From an uncultured Anaerolineaceae bacterium (GTDB lineage: Bacteria; Planctomycetota; Phycisphaerae; FEN-1346; JAACEH01): DNA of 64,000 nt. The notes under the pieces are model-generated. The model ran no database searches and was not told where the DNA came from. It saw nothing but the letters and a program-made list of their open reading frames with translations. Positions 37,012-47,739 of the stretch are shown here, piece after piece; position 1 is the first letter of the stretch; every line of letters begins with the position of its first letter. The DNA lies in assembly GCA_964500225.1 (NCBI GenBank), contig CAZCOA010000004.1, positions 6,479-70,478 of the forward strand. Reading direction: 5' to 3'. The position numbers and the translations under genes are program-made.

Positions 37012-38343
37012 GTGAGAATTATCCGTATGACCGACACAGGGGCCGACCAGCAATTGGCCGATTTGCGCGCCGCCCTGGGGCTTGACCAGGGACTGGTCGC
37101 CGATTGGCAGAAAGCCGTCGCCAACACCCGTTCTCCCCTGGAGACCGTGCGTGAGGTGCTCCATGCCGTCCGCACGCGCGGCGACGCTGCGGTCACCGAG
37201 TACACCGAGCGGTTCGACAACGTGCGGTTGTCGCCCGCACAGTTCCGCGTGACACAGGCCGACATGGATGCCGCTGCCCGGTCAATGCCCGCCAACGTCA
37301 TCGAAGCCATGAAGCGGGCCATCGAGAACATCCGTCGCTTCCAGAGCAGTACCATCGCCAACGCCCCGCCCGACGTCGTCGTGGGCGGACGGCGATTGAG
37401 CATGGCGTACCGGACGCTTCGCCGCGTAGGAGTTTATGTGCCGGGCGGCGCTACGGCTTATCCTTCAAGCGTCTTGATGGCCGCCGTTCCGGCACGGGTG
37501 GCCGGAGTCCAGGAGGTCGCCGTTCTCAGTCCTCCGATGGAACACGGTCAGATTCGCACGCCGATTCTGGCCGCCTGCGCCGTCGCCGGCATCCGTGAGG
37601 TGTATCGACTCCAGGGAGTGGCCGGCATTGCCGCCCTGGCCTATGGCACCGAGACGATTCGCCCCGTGGACAAGATTGTCGGCCCCGGCAACCAGTTCAT
37701 CCAATTGGCCAAGAAGGAAGTCCAGGGAACAGTGGACGTTGACAGCTTTGCCGGACCGTCGGAGGTGCTCGTCATCGCCGACAAGTCCGCCGACGCTCGG
37801 TGCATTGCCCTTGATCTGCTCAGCCAGGCCGAGCACAATCCCGGCTGCTGCATTCTGGTGACCGACGACGAAGGGCTGCGGCAGCGGATCGAGGCGGAGA
37901 TTAACGTTCAGATACGTCAGCTGGCCCAGGGCGACGTGGTCGCCGGCGCACTGGACCGATTCAGCGCCATGATCCTCGTCCGTGACATGGATGAGGCCTG
38001 TCGCGTAAGCAACTACCTGGCCCCCGAGCACCTTCAGATCGTTACGGCGTCGCCGCGGAGCCTCCTGCCGAAGATCACGGCCGCCGGCGCCGTCTTTCTC
38101 GGATCGTCAACCCCCGTCGCCGTGGGCGACTACATCGCCGGGCCGAGCCATACGCTGCCCACCGGCGGCACGGCCCGATTCGCCTCGGGCTTGTCGGCCA
38201 ACGATTTCCGCAAGCGCATGAGCGTCATCGAGTACACCGCCGAGGCCCTGGCCGAGGACGCGCCGCACATCGTCGCCCTCGCCGACCTCGAACGGCTCGA
38301 GGCCCACGCACGCAGCGTGACCGCCCGGCTGACGACACCTTAA
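37012..38343 (+). CDS. hisD: Histidinol dehydrogenase
   Basis: Full-length HisD-like sequence (…SQAEHNPGCCILVTDDEG…, GPSHTLPTGGTARFASGLS…). GTG start chosen for its SD spacing; the ATG at 37027 is an alternative. Confidence 0.9.
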   Translation: MRIIRMTDTGADQQLADLRAALGLDQGLVADWQKAVANTRSPLETVREVLHAVRTRGDAAVTEYTERFDNVRLSPAQFRVTQADMDAAARSMPANVIEAMKRAIENIRRFQSSTIANAPPDVVVGGRRLSMAYRTLRRVGVYVPGGATAYPSSVLMAAVPARVAGVQEVAVLSPPMEHGQIRTPILAACAVAGIREVYRLQGVAGIAALAYGTETIRPVDKIVGPGNQFIQLAKKEVQGTVDVDSFAGPSEVLVIADKSADARCIALDLLSQAEHNPGCCILVTDDEGLRQRIEAEINVQIRQLAQGDVVAGALDRFSAMILVRDMDEACRVSNYLAPEHLQIVTASPRSLLPKITAAGAVFLGSSTPVAVGDYIAGPSHTLPTGGTARFASGLSANDFRKRMSVIEYTAEALAEDAPHIVALADLERLEAHARSVTARLTTP

Positions 38344-38376
38344 CGGACTGCACCTGAACTCGCAGAAAGCGCATTC

Positions 38377-39420
38377 ATGGGATACTATCGTCACAACATC
38401 GAGGCCATGAGCGGCTACGTTCCCGGTGAACAGCCGCAGGGCTCTCGCTTCATCAAGCTCAACACGAACGAAAACCCCTATCCGCCGTCGCCGCGGGTGA
38501 TGCAGGCCATCCGAGAAATCAGCGAGGACGCCCTGCGCAAGTACCCGCACCCGACGGCCGACGCCGTCCGCGACACCGTAGCCGCCTTGTTCGGCATCGC
38601 ACGCGACAACGTCATTTGCGGCAATGGCTCGGACGACTTGTTGCGCATGATCTTCACGGCAACGCTCGGCGCCGGCGATGCCGTCACGATCACCGACCCG
38701 ACGTACTCGCTCTATGAGACCCTGGCGGGCATCCAGGACGCCCGCCTCGACGTGCTGCCGTGCGATGACGATTTCGCCCTACCCGTGACGCCGCTCGCAG
38801 CCTCCACGTCGCAACTGGTCATTGTCGCCAACCCCAATGCCCCGACTGGGCTGGCCGCGTCTGTTGACGACATACGTCGCATCGCCCGGAGCATCCGCGG
38901 TCTGCTCGTCGTGGACGAGGCCTATGCCGACTTCGCCGACGCCACGGCCATGCCACTGGCCACGAGCGAACCCAATGTGCTTGTCATGCGGACCCTCTCC
39001 AAATCCTACAGCCTGGCCGGGCTGCGATTCGGCTACGCCGTCGGCTCGGCCGAGTTAGTCCAGGGGCTCATGAAGGTCAAGGACTCGTACAACTGCGATG
39101 CACTGGCCATTGCCGCCGCCCGTGCCGCTCTCGACGATCAGGCATGGATGAGGCGGAATGTCGATCGCATCAAGGCGGAGCGATCTCGGCTCACTGCCGG
39201 TCTCCGCAGCCTCGGCTTCACGGTTCTCGACAGTCACACGAACTTCGTCATGGCCCGGCCGCCCGACGGCAACGCCGAGCGACTCTACCGGAAACTGAAG
39301 GAACGAGCTATACTCGTCCGATACTTTAACAGGCCCCGCATCGACCGATTCGTCCGCATCACGGTCGGCGCCCCGGAAGAAACGGATGTCCTGCTGGCCG
39401 CGGTGAAGTCCCTGGTATGA
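38377..39420 (+). CDS. hisC: Histidinol-phosphate aminotransferase
   Basis: 347 aa. KLNTNENPYPPSP and the class-II aminotransferase PLP lysine region (TLSKSYSLAGLRFGYAVG). Confidence 0.9.
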   Translation: MGYYRHNIEAMSGYVPGEQPQGSRFIKLNTNENPYPPSPRVMQAIREISEDALRKYPHPTADAVRDTVAALFGIARDNVICGNGSDDLLRMIFTATLGAGDAVTITDPTYSLYETLAGIQDARLDVLPCDDDFALPVTPLAASTSQLVIVANPNAPTGLAASVDDIRRIARSIRGLLVVDEAYADFADATAMPLATSEPNVLVMRTLSKSYSLAGLRFGYAVGSAELVQGLMKVKDSYNCDALAIAAARAALDDQAWMRRNVDRIKAERSRLTAGLRSLGFTVLDSHTNFVMARPPDGNAERLYRKLKERAILVRYFNRPRIDRFVRITVGAPEETDVLLAAVKSLV

Positions 39421-39440
39421 CAAAGACAAGGACTCGATCT

Positions 39441-40034
39441 ATGGCAGAACAGCGAACCGCCGAGGTGAAGCGAACGACCGGCGAGACCCACGTCACCGTC
39501 TGGCTGAACCTGGACGGCGCCGGCAAGGCCGACGTGAGCACGGGGCTTGGGTTCTTCGACCATATGCTGACGCTGCTGGCCCGGCACAGTCTGATAGACA
39601 TGAGCGTCAAGGCCGCCGGCGACCTGCACGTGGACGGGCACCACACCGTCGAGGATATCGGCATCGTGATCGGCCAGGCTCTGGACAAGGCCCTCGGCAA
39701 CCGTTCGGGCATCACGCGATACGGATCTGCCACAGTCCCCATGGACGAGACGCTCGCCACGGTCGCCCTCGACCTGGGCGGGCGCGCTTACCTGGTTTAC
39801 GACGCCCGCTATCCTGTCGATCGCGTAGGCGACTTTGACGTGGAACTGATCCGTGAGTTTCTCATCGCGATGGCGAACAACGCGAAGATGAACCTGCACA
39901 TCCACGTGCCCTACGGCGTGAACGCCCACCACATCGCCGAAGGCGTCTTCAAGTCCCTCGCCCGGGCACTGCGACAGGCCGTCGAACCCGACCCGCGAGT
40001 CACAGGCATTCCGTCCACCAAGGGGTCACTCTGA
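39441..40034 (+). CDS. hisB: Imidazoleglycerol-phosphate dehydratase
   Basis: RTTGETHVTVWLNLDG...GFFDHMLTLLARHS...DGHHTVEDIGIVIGQAL...HIAEGVFKSLARAL are conserved IGPD motifs. Start at the internal ATG (MAEQRT). Confidence 0.9.
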   Translation: MAEQRTAEVKRTTGETHVTVWLNLDGAGKADVSTGLGFFDHMLTLLARHSLIDMSVKAAGDLHVDGHHTVEDIGIVIGQALDKALGNRSGITRYGSATVPMDETLATVALDLGGRAYLVYDARYPVDRVGDFDVELIREFLIAMANNAKMNLHIHVPYGVNAHHIAEGVFKSLARALRQAVEPDPRVTGIPSTKGSL

Positions 40035-40428
40035 AACGAGAAGGACACCTGAAATGACACGAGACAGACCCCCTGGAACCACAGTGCCAGGAACCGCCGA
40101 GGAGTCCTTCTGATGATGTTGCTACTGGCAACGCCGGGAGCGATGCTGATAACCACCGTTCAGACACAGGGCCGCGGGCCGTCAAAGGATGCCCCCTTTG
40201 TCGACGCCAGGGCCGTACGCGAACGGTTTGACACCATCACACCCGAGGATATGAAACTGCCGGCTTCACGATCTCGCGCCCGAAGTCTTGGCATGGGCAA
40301 GGAAATTCGATCCCGAGGGACTTCAGATGCAGGCGAAGCCATCTCCTGACTGAAACCATCGGGTGGTTCATCAAGCTCTCAAGCGGCCCCACGTGTCCCC
40401 CCGGTACGGCGACGGCGCCTGACCGGGC

Positions 40429-43077
40429 CTACGGCAATGCGTGCCCCAGCAATCGGCGCACAGCCATCATGTCTGCGGCCGTCAGGGTGCCCGAGCCGTC
40501 CACGTCGTACCGTACGCGTGCGGCGTTCATCGTGGCACCTGCGCTGCTTCGAGAGGCCAAAACGTCCGCTGCCGTCACCGCCCCCGACCCGTCAACATCG
40601 CCCGCCAGGCAGGCGAACTGACGCACCTTCACCCCACCGAACGAATTGCCCGAAGTATCCTTTAACGAATCGAGCAACGTTACGGTGTACCGATCAGTGT
40701 CCGGCAACGGGGATGAAAATGTGACGGTCACGGTACGATAATCCCCGGACACCACCGCCGAGGCAATCCGAGCCGACACATCGCCCCCCGCCTGCCCTAC
40801 CACGGAGAAGGCATCCGGCACTACGGTCGCAGGGGCCACCGCCTTGCTGAATCGCAGCTTCATCTGAGTCACGCCGGCCAACGGACTGTGGACATACCCG
40901 TCGGAAAATGGCAATTCATATGTCGTTGTCCCGTGGGAACTTGCAATTGTCCATTCCTCGACGTCGCCGGGACCTGGTTTCTCCACGACATAGATGTGCA
41001 CGGCCAGAGGACTGAAACTGTCTTCGAAGTAGCCGCTCTCGGAAAGAATCGTCCGCCCTTCGCCGTAAACGGTAATCTGCGTACCGAGGGCCAACTGATC
41101 GACGTTGAAGCGAACCACCTCGTTCCGTGCTCGAATCTCTGCGGCGAAAATATAGAGCTGACCGTTGTACTCCCGCGTCATGATGTCCACACGCCCGCCC
41201 TCCGACTCGACGTCCGCCACCGCCGTGTCGCACTCCTCAGGGCCCAGAACCACGGGCGTCAGCTCCGTAATTTGTGCCTTGAACTGAGCCATTGCCGCAT
41301 AGTTCTCGCTGGGCGTCGGCTCAAAATAGTGGAACCACTGGATGCCCTTGACGCCGTGGATGACATTCGTCCAACACAGGTTCTTCAACTGGGTCGGGGT
41401 TACCGCGGGCGTCCAGGGATAGTCCGGATCGGCATGAATGTCGCAGGTCTCGATCCACGTCATCGTTGGAATGAGGTTGTAGTTCCACCCGCGTAACCGA
41501 TCCACGGCCAGCAACGAATCCTCCAGCGTGCACCACGTGTATTTTGTGGCGTACTCGTACGGGTAATAGTCGAACGATATGACGTCGGCGCAACAGGTCT
41601 TGCGGTCGAACGGCTCGTTTGTTCCCATCGTGACGTTATGACGATCACTGTACAGGAAGCAGTAACTCTGGGCGCGCTCCTGGTTCCAGTTGGGTTCCGG
41701 GCCGTGGGTAAAACTGTAACCGACAATATTCAGCAGGTGCGGGTGGTTACCATCCAGTTCATGACACTTGTCGGTCCAGCGCTTCACCTCGGTAGCCGGG
41801 ATATACTCCGTCGAGCCGCCAAGATCCGGTTCGTCCTTCCAGTTCCACATGAACATCGCCGGGTGGTTCTTCGTCGAGTTGACGTACACGCCCAGTTGGT
41901 CGATGTCCACGGCCGTCAAATGCACCCAGTTGCCGCTCCCGGGCGGATCCTCGTAGATGTTGCTCGTCCGGCCGCCGGGCCAGTAGTTGCCCTGGGCCGG
42001 GCCGATCACCGGCAGCCCCACCGATGAGGCGCTGGCCACGTAGTTGATCCACCCCGTTGGATTGTCCGGCACATTCCATCCCTGCCCATGAAGGCAGTTG
42101 ATGTAAGGCTGCCACTGGGCAAAGTACCAGGTATCCAGCCCCCACGGTGTCACCGGGAAGAACGGTTGGCCGTTACGGCAGATGGCATTGTTCTCGTCGA
42201 TCCCCACCGCCGGAATGCCGTCCACAACTTTGATCCACGTCTTGCTTGCCGTGCCGCGCACGGCGTCCGACGCATCACGAATCTCCACCAGCAGTGTGTG
42301 CTCGCCGGCGAGCAGTTGGCGGTAATCGGCCGTGAACACTTCCTCAGCCTGAAGTTCTCCCGCTTTCTCGTAAATGACCTTGCCGTCCAGCTTGGCTATC
42401 AGCTTGTCCGTCGGCGACACATTGTCGATCTGGCAATAGACTTTCTGCGCTATGCGAATATGCGGCTCGGCCATCCAGAGCTCCAGGTACGCCTGCCCCC
42501 CGGTGTAATTGATCTCCAGGACAGGCGCGTAACTGTGGTCGCCGTAGTCCCATGTATAGCACCGCCGCTCGTTGCCTCCGTTGTTCGTAATCCGCAAACC
42601 AAGCACATTGCCGTATTCGTACCCGGGACGATTGATGAATTCTTGGACCAGGGCCTTGACGTCGGCCGACTGCACCCACGCCCCGGGCGTCCAAACGCCG
42701 CTGGTCCAGTTCACCACCGTTGCCGTCACCGGAAGATCATACGGGAGGAAAACAAACGACGCACAGTCATCCTGGTCAATAAGGCGGATTTCCGCATTGG
42801 ATGTGCCTGTGCCGGCCGTATTGGCCACCATCCTGATATAGGCCGAGGTGATCGTCGCCTGTTTGGGTATATGCACCTGCCAACGAAAGAACGTTCTTGT
42901 CGCTGCGTTGCTATATGGTTCACCGCTGGTACTTAGCGTATAGGAGTTGTCGGTTCCACTACTATACGTGTCGTCGCGCGAACAGAAGATCTTATAGCTT
43001 TGCGTCCCTGCCGATGCAGGAAATGCGATGGCCAGCACTGCAGCCAACACCGTCGCCCGATGTGCCCACCGTACCAT
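40429..43077 (-). CDS. Secreted GH-like hypothetical protein with C-terminal dockerin type-I repeats
   Basis: Signal peptide (MVRWAHRATVLAAVLAIAFPASAG). Central region with a W..DEPD motif (MFMWNWKDEPDLGG) suggestive of a clan GH-A TIM barrel. C-terminus DVDGSGAVTAADVL...YDVDGSGTLTAADMMAV, a dockerin Ca-binding repeat pair. Confidence 0.55.
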   Translation of the reverse strand: MVRWAHRATVLAAVLAIAFPASAGTQSYKIFCSRDDTYSSGTDNSYTLSTSGEPYSNAATRTFFRWQVHIPKQATITSAYIRMVANTAGTGTSNAEIRLIDQDDCASFVFLPYDLPVTATVVNWTSGVWTPGAWVQSADVKALVQEFINRPGYEYGNVLGLRITNNGGNERRCYTWDYGDHSYAPVLEINYTGGQAYLELWMAEPHIRIAQKVYCQIDNVSPTDKLIAKLDGKVIYEKAGELQAEEVFTADYRQLLAGEHTLLVEIRDASDAVRGTASKTWIKVVDGIPAVGIDENNAICRNGQPFFPVTPWGLDTWYFAQWQPYINCLHGQGWNVPDNPTGWINYVASASSVGLPVIGPAQGNYWPGGRTSNIYEDPPGSGNWVHLTAVDIDQLGVYVNSTKNHPAMFMWNWKDEPDLGGSTEYIPATEVKRWTDKCHELDGNHPHLLNIVGYSFTHGPEPNWNQERAQSYCFLYSDRHNVTMGTNEPFDRKTCCADVISFDYYPYEYATKYTWCTLEDSLLAVDRLRGWNYNLIPTMTWIETCDIHADPDYPWTPAVTPTQLKNLCWTNVIHGVKGIQWFHYFEPTPSENYAAMAQFKAQITELTPVVLGPEECDTAVADVESEGGRVDIMTREYNGQLYIFAAEIRARNEVVRFNVDQLALGTQITVYGEGRTILSESGYFEDSFSPLAVHIYVVEKPGPGDVEEWTIASSHGTTTYELPFSDGYVHSPLAGVTQMKLRFSKAVAPATVVPDAFSVVGQAGGDVSARIASAVVSGDYRTVTVTFSSPLPDTDRYTVTLLDSLKDTSGNSFGGVKVRQFACLAGDVDGSGAVTAADVLASRSSAGATMNAARVRYDVDGSGTLTAADMMAVRRLLGHALP

Positions 43078-43422
43078 AGCTTTCACCCTCACAACAGATC
43101 CAGAGATGGTTCGCAGCCGACGCGCGAAGCGAAGGAAAGAAGATTTCACAGAGTTCTGGCGCTATTATACCCTTGGTTGCCGACTCAGCACAATCCGCTG
43201 GGAAAATTCGTGGCCCATCATCTTCGCCCCGCTGGAACCTGCGGTTCGTGGGCCCAGTGCTTGCCAAGAGCCGGTAGATCTGATCAGCAATGTGGCTACC
43301 GCCGCCTCGAAACATCTCACGACGGGGATCGGACGCCATAGGTGACACTACTAAGATAACAGCCCCCCCGCCCCAACATCCGGCAGGACACAGGGACCTT
43401 GTCGGTAGCGACGGGCAGACGG

Positions 43423-44526
43423 CTACGGCCGGGTTTCGACGATCTCGACCGTGCTCATCTCCGGCGTCATGAAGTCGTAGAGTTCTTCCACATCGGCGTT
43501 AAGCATCCGAATGCAGCCCAGCGACACGCGCTGACCGACGCTTGCGGGTTCGTTCGTGCCGTGGATGCCCAAATGGTCGCCGAAATCAATCCACCGGGTT
43601 CCTAGTGGATTCTGGGGGTCGCCACCCGGAACAGGTTTCATGATGCCTCTCTGACTCGGTGGTGGGCTGAACGCGGGATTCTCCAGCTTCTTAAGAACAA
43701 CGTATTGCCCTGCCGGCGTCGAGTCGCCCCGACCGATAGCAACACGGTAGGTCTTCACGAGAATGTCCCGCAGCCATAGTTCCAACACCATGTCGCTCTT
43801 GACCACACGCACGCGGAACGGTCCCTTGATGACCTTCAGCTTCTGCCCTGCGTAGATGGAATCCGACGGAAGGCCGTTGATCCGCTGCACCAGGGGATAC
43901 GGAATCGCATATCGCCGCCCGATCGTGGACAGGTAATCGCCGCTCTGGACCTCGTACAGTTCAGCCTCTGTCTCGCCATCGGCGAGTTTCTTGCCCAGAA
44001 TTGTCCGCTCGCTTACTGAAGTCAGGCACGCGGCGATTTCGGCATATTGGGCAGGATTCGGGCCGGCGGCCAGCGCCTTGACATACTGAGCCCGCGCCGC
44101 AACGAGCTTGCCTTCACGCTCCAGACGACGCCCTTCGGCCAGGAGCACCTGGGCCGACGCAGACGCTTCGCCGCCCACCGTCGCCCCAGTGATTGACGAC
44201 GGGGTTGTTTCCGTGCTGCTCGGCTGTGGAAGCGTGTTCGAGACCGCCGGCGGCTGATCCGCGCCGGCCTCCGTGGCACTGGACGGGGGCGGCATCGGTA
44301 CTCCGTCGTCACTATCTGCGGAATCGGCTCCCGCCGGCGTCTGCACGCCAAGTCCGTAAGGTGTCTGGACTTCCGTCGCGTCCGACGGCGATTCGGCCAC
44401 CGCCGCCGGCGAGTCGCCCTCTTCGGAGAGCCACCCGAACAGGCGCATGGCACCCCAGACCGCCACGGCAAGGCCCACGGCAGCTACTGACAGGCCGACG
44501 ATCATAAGGATGCGGCGGCTGCCCAT
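43423..44526 (-). CDS. LysM-domain L,D-transpeptidase (YkuD family)
   Basis: Signal anchor. Low-complexity Pro/Ser/Thr linker. LysM (YEVQSGDYLSTIGRRYAIPYPLVQRINGL...AGQKLKV). Catalytic HGT...GCIRM motif. Confidence 0.75.
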   Translation of the reverse strand: MGSRRILMIVGLSVAAVGLAVAVWGAMRLFGWLSEEGDSPAAVAESPSDATEVQTPYGLGVQTPAGADSADSDDGVPMPPPSSATEAGADQPPAVSNTLPQPSSTETTPSSITGATVGGEASASAQVLLAEGRRLEREGKLVAARAQYVKALAAGPNPAQYAEIAACLTSVSERTILGKKLADGETEAELYEVQSGDYLSTIGRRYAIPYPLVQRINGLPSDSIYAGQKLKVIKGPFRVRVVKSDMVLELWLRDILVKTYRVAIGRGDSTPAGQYVVLKKLENPAFSPPPSQRGIMKPVPGGDPQNPLGTRWIDFGDHLGIHGTNEPASVGQRVSLGCIRMLNADVEELYDFMTPEMSTVEIVETRP

Positions 44527-44907
44527 TGGTTTCCTGCGACTGGGATCATTACCGAACAGCAGACTCGGCACGGCTGACTCCTTCCACGCACACTGATGTC
44601 CTGGATGGGACCTGGCATATCCGAACGGACTGCCGCACACGTTATCGACAGCCCGAGGCTCGCGTATTCGTTCTTTCCGAGCATCTTCTCACTTTCGGCC
44701 CCCCCCGTCAACACGGATCAACTCGGACATGGACGATTCCCCGCCGCAAGGCCCAGGGACGGCCTTCACGGGGCTGCCCCCTCCGGTCTCGGAATGCTTG
44801 GGGCCCGGCAGCAAGACTTGTCAGGGGCTTGAGGGATGCTAGAATACGTTGTTTCGGCGTTACGGTGCGACAAGGCCGGGGCCAGTCATTGGCCGAAAGG
44901 AGCGGCG

Positions 44908-47709
44908 GTGGGCGGAGATGTGATCAAAATTCGCGGCGCTCGCGAACATAACCTGAAGAACCTCAATCTGGATTTGCCGGTCGGACGTCTGATTGTGGTA
45001 ACGGGCCTGTCGGGCTCGGGCAAGTCGTCGCTGGCGTTCGACACGGTGTACGCCGAGGGGCAGCGGCGGTACGTGGAAAGCCTGTCGGCATATGCGCGGC
45101 AGTTCCTCGACGAGATGCAGAAGCCGGACGTGGACCACATCGAGGGCCTTCCCCCGGCAATTGCGATCGAGCAGCGAATACACAACCCCAATCCGCGTTC
45201 GACGGTCGCCACGACTACGGAGATTCACGACTATCTGCGCCTGCTGTACGCGCGGTGCGGAACGCCGCACTGCCCCACATGCGGCCGCGAGGTCCGCCAG
45301 CAGTCGTCCGACGAAATTGTGGACACGATTTTGCGGTTGCCCATCGGCACGCGGATCATGGTCATGGCGCCGCTGGTGCGAGGTCAGAAGGGCGAGCACA
45401 AAGACGTGATCCGGCGGATTCAGCGCGAAGGGTTCGTCCGGGTACGCATCGACGGTCGCATCTTCGACGTAAAAGCGGCTCCCCCCATGAAGAAGACGCT
45501 CGTTCATACGGTCGAGGCGGTGGTGGACCGGCTCGTGATCAAGCCGAACATGCGAAACCGCCTGGCAGATTCAGTGGAGATGGCATTACGGCTGGCGGAC
45601 GGACTGGCGGTGGTGGCGTCGGAAGGGGATCGCAACGGTTGGACCGACACGCTCTACAGCCAGCTCTACGCGTGTCCGCACTGCCAACAGTCTTTCGAGG
45701 AACTGACTCCTCGGAAATTCTCGTTCAACAGCCCCTACGGCGCGTGCCCGAACTGCGACGGATTGGGAACTCATCTGGAATTCGACCCTGACCTGCTGGT
45801 GACGGATCCGGGGCTGCCTCTGGCCGAGGGCATACCGCTGCTGGCCAAAGGGGCACAGCGTCTGGGGATAAAACCGCAAGCCATACTGGCCGAGTTTGCG
45901 GCCGCAGCGGGGGTAAAGCCGGGTGCGACGTACGAGTCGCTGCCGGCGGCAAAGGCGAAGCTGCTCATGCACGGCGGACGCGGGTTCGTCGGGCTGATTC
46001 CCCTGTTGCGTGAAAAGTTTCAGCACAGCACGTCGGAGTTCGTGAAGCGTCGGCTGATGGCATTCATGAGCGACCTGCCCTGCCCTGCGTGCGGAGGTGC
46101 GCGGCTACGGCCGGAAGCGATGGCCGTGACCGTGGCCGGCAAGTCGATCGCCGAGATCACGTCGATGACCATCGCAGAGGCCGCGGCGTTCTTCGCCGGA
46201 CTGACGTTTGAGGGGCCGCGTGCGCTAATTGCGGAGCAGATTCTCCGACAAATCCGCCATCAGTTGAGCTTTATGAACGATATCGGCATCGGGTACCTGA
46301 CGCTGGATCGGATGACGCAGACGCTGGCCGGCGGCGAGGCGCAGCGCATCCGGTTGGCAACTCAGATCGGCAGCGGACTGGTCGGCGTCTGTTACGTCCT
46401 CGACGAGCCGACGATCGGGCTGCATCCCCGGGACAACGAACGGCTGCTGCGGTCGCTGCTGAATCTGCGGGACATGGGCAACACGCTGCTGGTGGTGGAG
46501 CACGACGAGGACACGATCCGGGCGGCCGACTATGTGCTGGACATGGGGCCCGGCGCCGGGGTGGCGGGGGGCCGCGTGGTATGTCAGGGCACGGTCGATG
46601 AGATTATGGCGTGCCAAGAGTCGCTGACCGGCCAGTTTCTGGCCGGGAAGACCGATTTTCTGCTGCCGTCGAAGCGCCGCCGCGTGACGCCGCGGCGGGC
46701 GATTGTCGTCAAGGGGGCGAGCGAGCACAACCTAAAGCACATCGACGTGGCGTTTCCGTTGGGCGTGTTCACATGTGTCACGGGTGTGAGCGGCTCTGGC
46801 AAAAGCACACTGGTCAGCGAAATCCTGTTGCCGGCATTGCGTCGGGAGCTGTACGGCGGCCAGCACAAGCCGGGCCGACACGAGCGGATCACTGGCGTGG
46901 GCCAGATCGACAAGGTAGTGGAGATCGACCAGTCGCCCATCGGCCGCACGCCCCGGTCGAACGCAGCGACGTACACGGGGCTGTTCGATCTGATCCGGCA
47001 GGTGCTGGTGCGGACGCGAGAGGCGAAAATCCGGGGATACAAGCCGGGGCGGTTCTCGTTCAACGTCAAGGGCGGCCGTTGCGAGGCGTGCCAGGGCCAG
47101 GGCGTCAAGAAGATCGAGATGCATTTCCTGCCCGATCTGTTCGTCATGTGCCAGCAGTGCCACGGGTCGCGGTACAACCGCGAGACGCTGGAAATCCGCT
47201 ATCGCGGTCTGAACGTGGCGGAAATACTGGACATGTCGGTGGATGAGGCGCTGAGTTTTTTTGAGAACTTTCCGAAGATCGCGGCCCACTTGACAGCCCT
47301 TCAGAGCGTGGGCCTGGGCTACATCAAGATCGGCCAACCCTCCACGACGCTGTCGGGCGGCGAGGCCCAGCGGGTGAAACTGGCGGCCGAACTCGGCAAG
47401 GCGGCCACAGGAAAGACGCTCTACGTGCTGGACGAGCCCACCACGGGCCTGCACTTTGCGGACATTCAGCGGCTGTTGGACGTCCTGGGCCGGCTGGTGG
47501 ACAAGGGCAACACCGTAGTGGTCATCGAGCACAACCTCGAGGTGGTATCGCACGCGGACTGGATCATCGATCTGGGGCCGGACGGCGGAGACGGCGGCGG
47601 CCGCGTGGTAGCCGAGGGACCGCCGGAGGAGTTGGCGAAGCACGCAACATCGCACACGGGCCGCCATCTGGCGGCCTACCTTGAGCGGCACGCCGCGCGG
47701 AAAGTATGA
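44908..47709 (+). CDS. uvrA: Excinuclease ABC subunit A
   Basis: IRGAREHNLKNL, two ABC ATPase modules (GLSGSGKSSLAFDT; GVSGSGKSTLV), Zn-finger cysteines. GTG start at 44908, preceded by AAAGGAG. Confidence 0.9.
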   Translation: MGGDVIKIRGAREHNLKNLNLDLPVGRLIVVTGLSGSGKSSLAFDTVYAEGQRRYVESLSAYARQFLDEMQKPDVDHIEGLPPAIAIEQRIHNPNPRSTVATTTEIHDYLRLLYARCGTPHCPTCGREVRQQSSDEIVDTILRLPIGTRIMVMAPLVRGQKGEHKDVIRRIQREGFVRVRIDGRIFDVKAAPPMKKTLVHTVEAVVDRLVIKPNMRNRLADSVEMALRLADGLAVVASEGDRNGWTDTLYSQLYACPHCQQSFEELTPRKFSFNSPYGACPNCDGLGTHLEFDPDLLVTDPGLPLAEGIPLLAKGAQRLGIKPQAILAEFAAAAGVKPGATYESLPAAKAKLLMHGGRGFVGLIPLLREKFQHSTSEFVKRRLMAFMSDLPCPACGGARLRPEAMAVTVAGKSIAEITSMTIAEAAAFFAGLTFEGPRALIAEQILRQIRHQLSFMNDIGIGYLTLDRMTQTLAGGEAQRIRLATQIGSGLVGVCYVLDEPTIGLHPRDNERLLRSLLNLRDMGNTLLVVEHDEDTIRAADYVLDMGPGAGVAGGRVVCQGTVDEIMACQESLTGQFLAGKTDFLLPSKRRRVTPRRAIVVKGASEHNLKHIDVAFPLGVFTCVTGVSGSGKSTLVSEILLPALRRELYGGQHKPGRHERITGVGQIDKVVEIDQSPIGRTPRSNAATYTGLFDLIRQVLVRTREAKIRGYKPGRFSFNVKGGRCEACQGQGVKKIEMHFLPDLFVMCQQCHGSRYNRETLEIRYRGLNVAEILDMSVDEALSFFENFPKIAAHLTALQSVGLGYIKIGQPSTTLSGGEAQRVKLAAELGKAATGKTLYVLDEPTTGLHFADIQRLLDVLGRLVDKGNTVVVIEHNLEVVSHADWIIDLGPDGGDGGGRVVAEGPPEELAKHATSHTGRHLAAYLERHAARKV

Positions 47710-47739
47710 TTCCGGATTGTCCTCTCCGCTTCTTGGCCG

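Noticed and set aside
40113-40349. 78-aa ORF (MMLLLATPGAMLITTVQTQG...) in the 390-bp gap after hisB
   Set aside because: No SD, no recognisable domain, and it lies in a convergent terminator region. It could be a small secreted protein but the evidence is insufficient.
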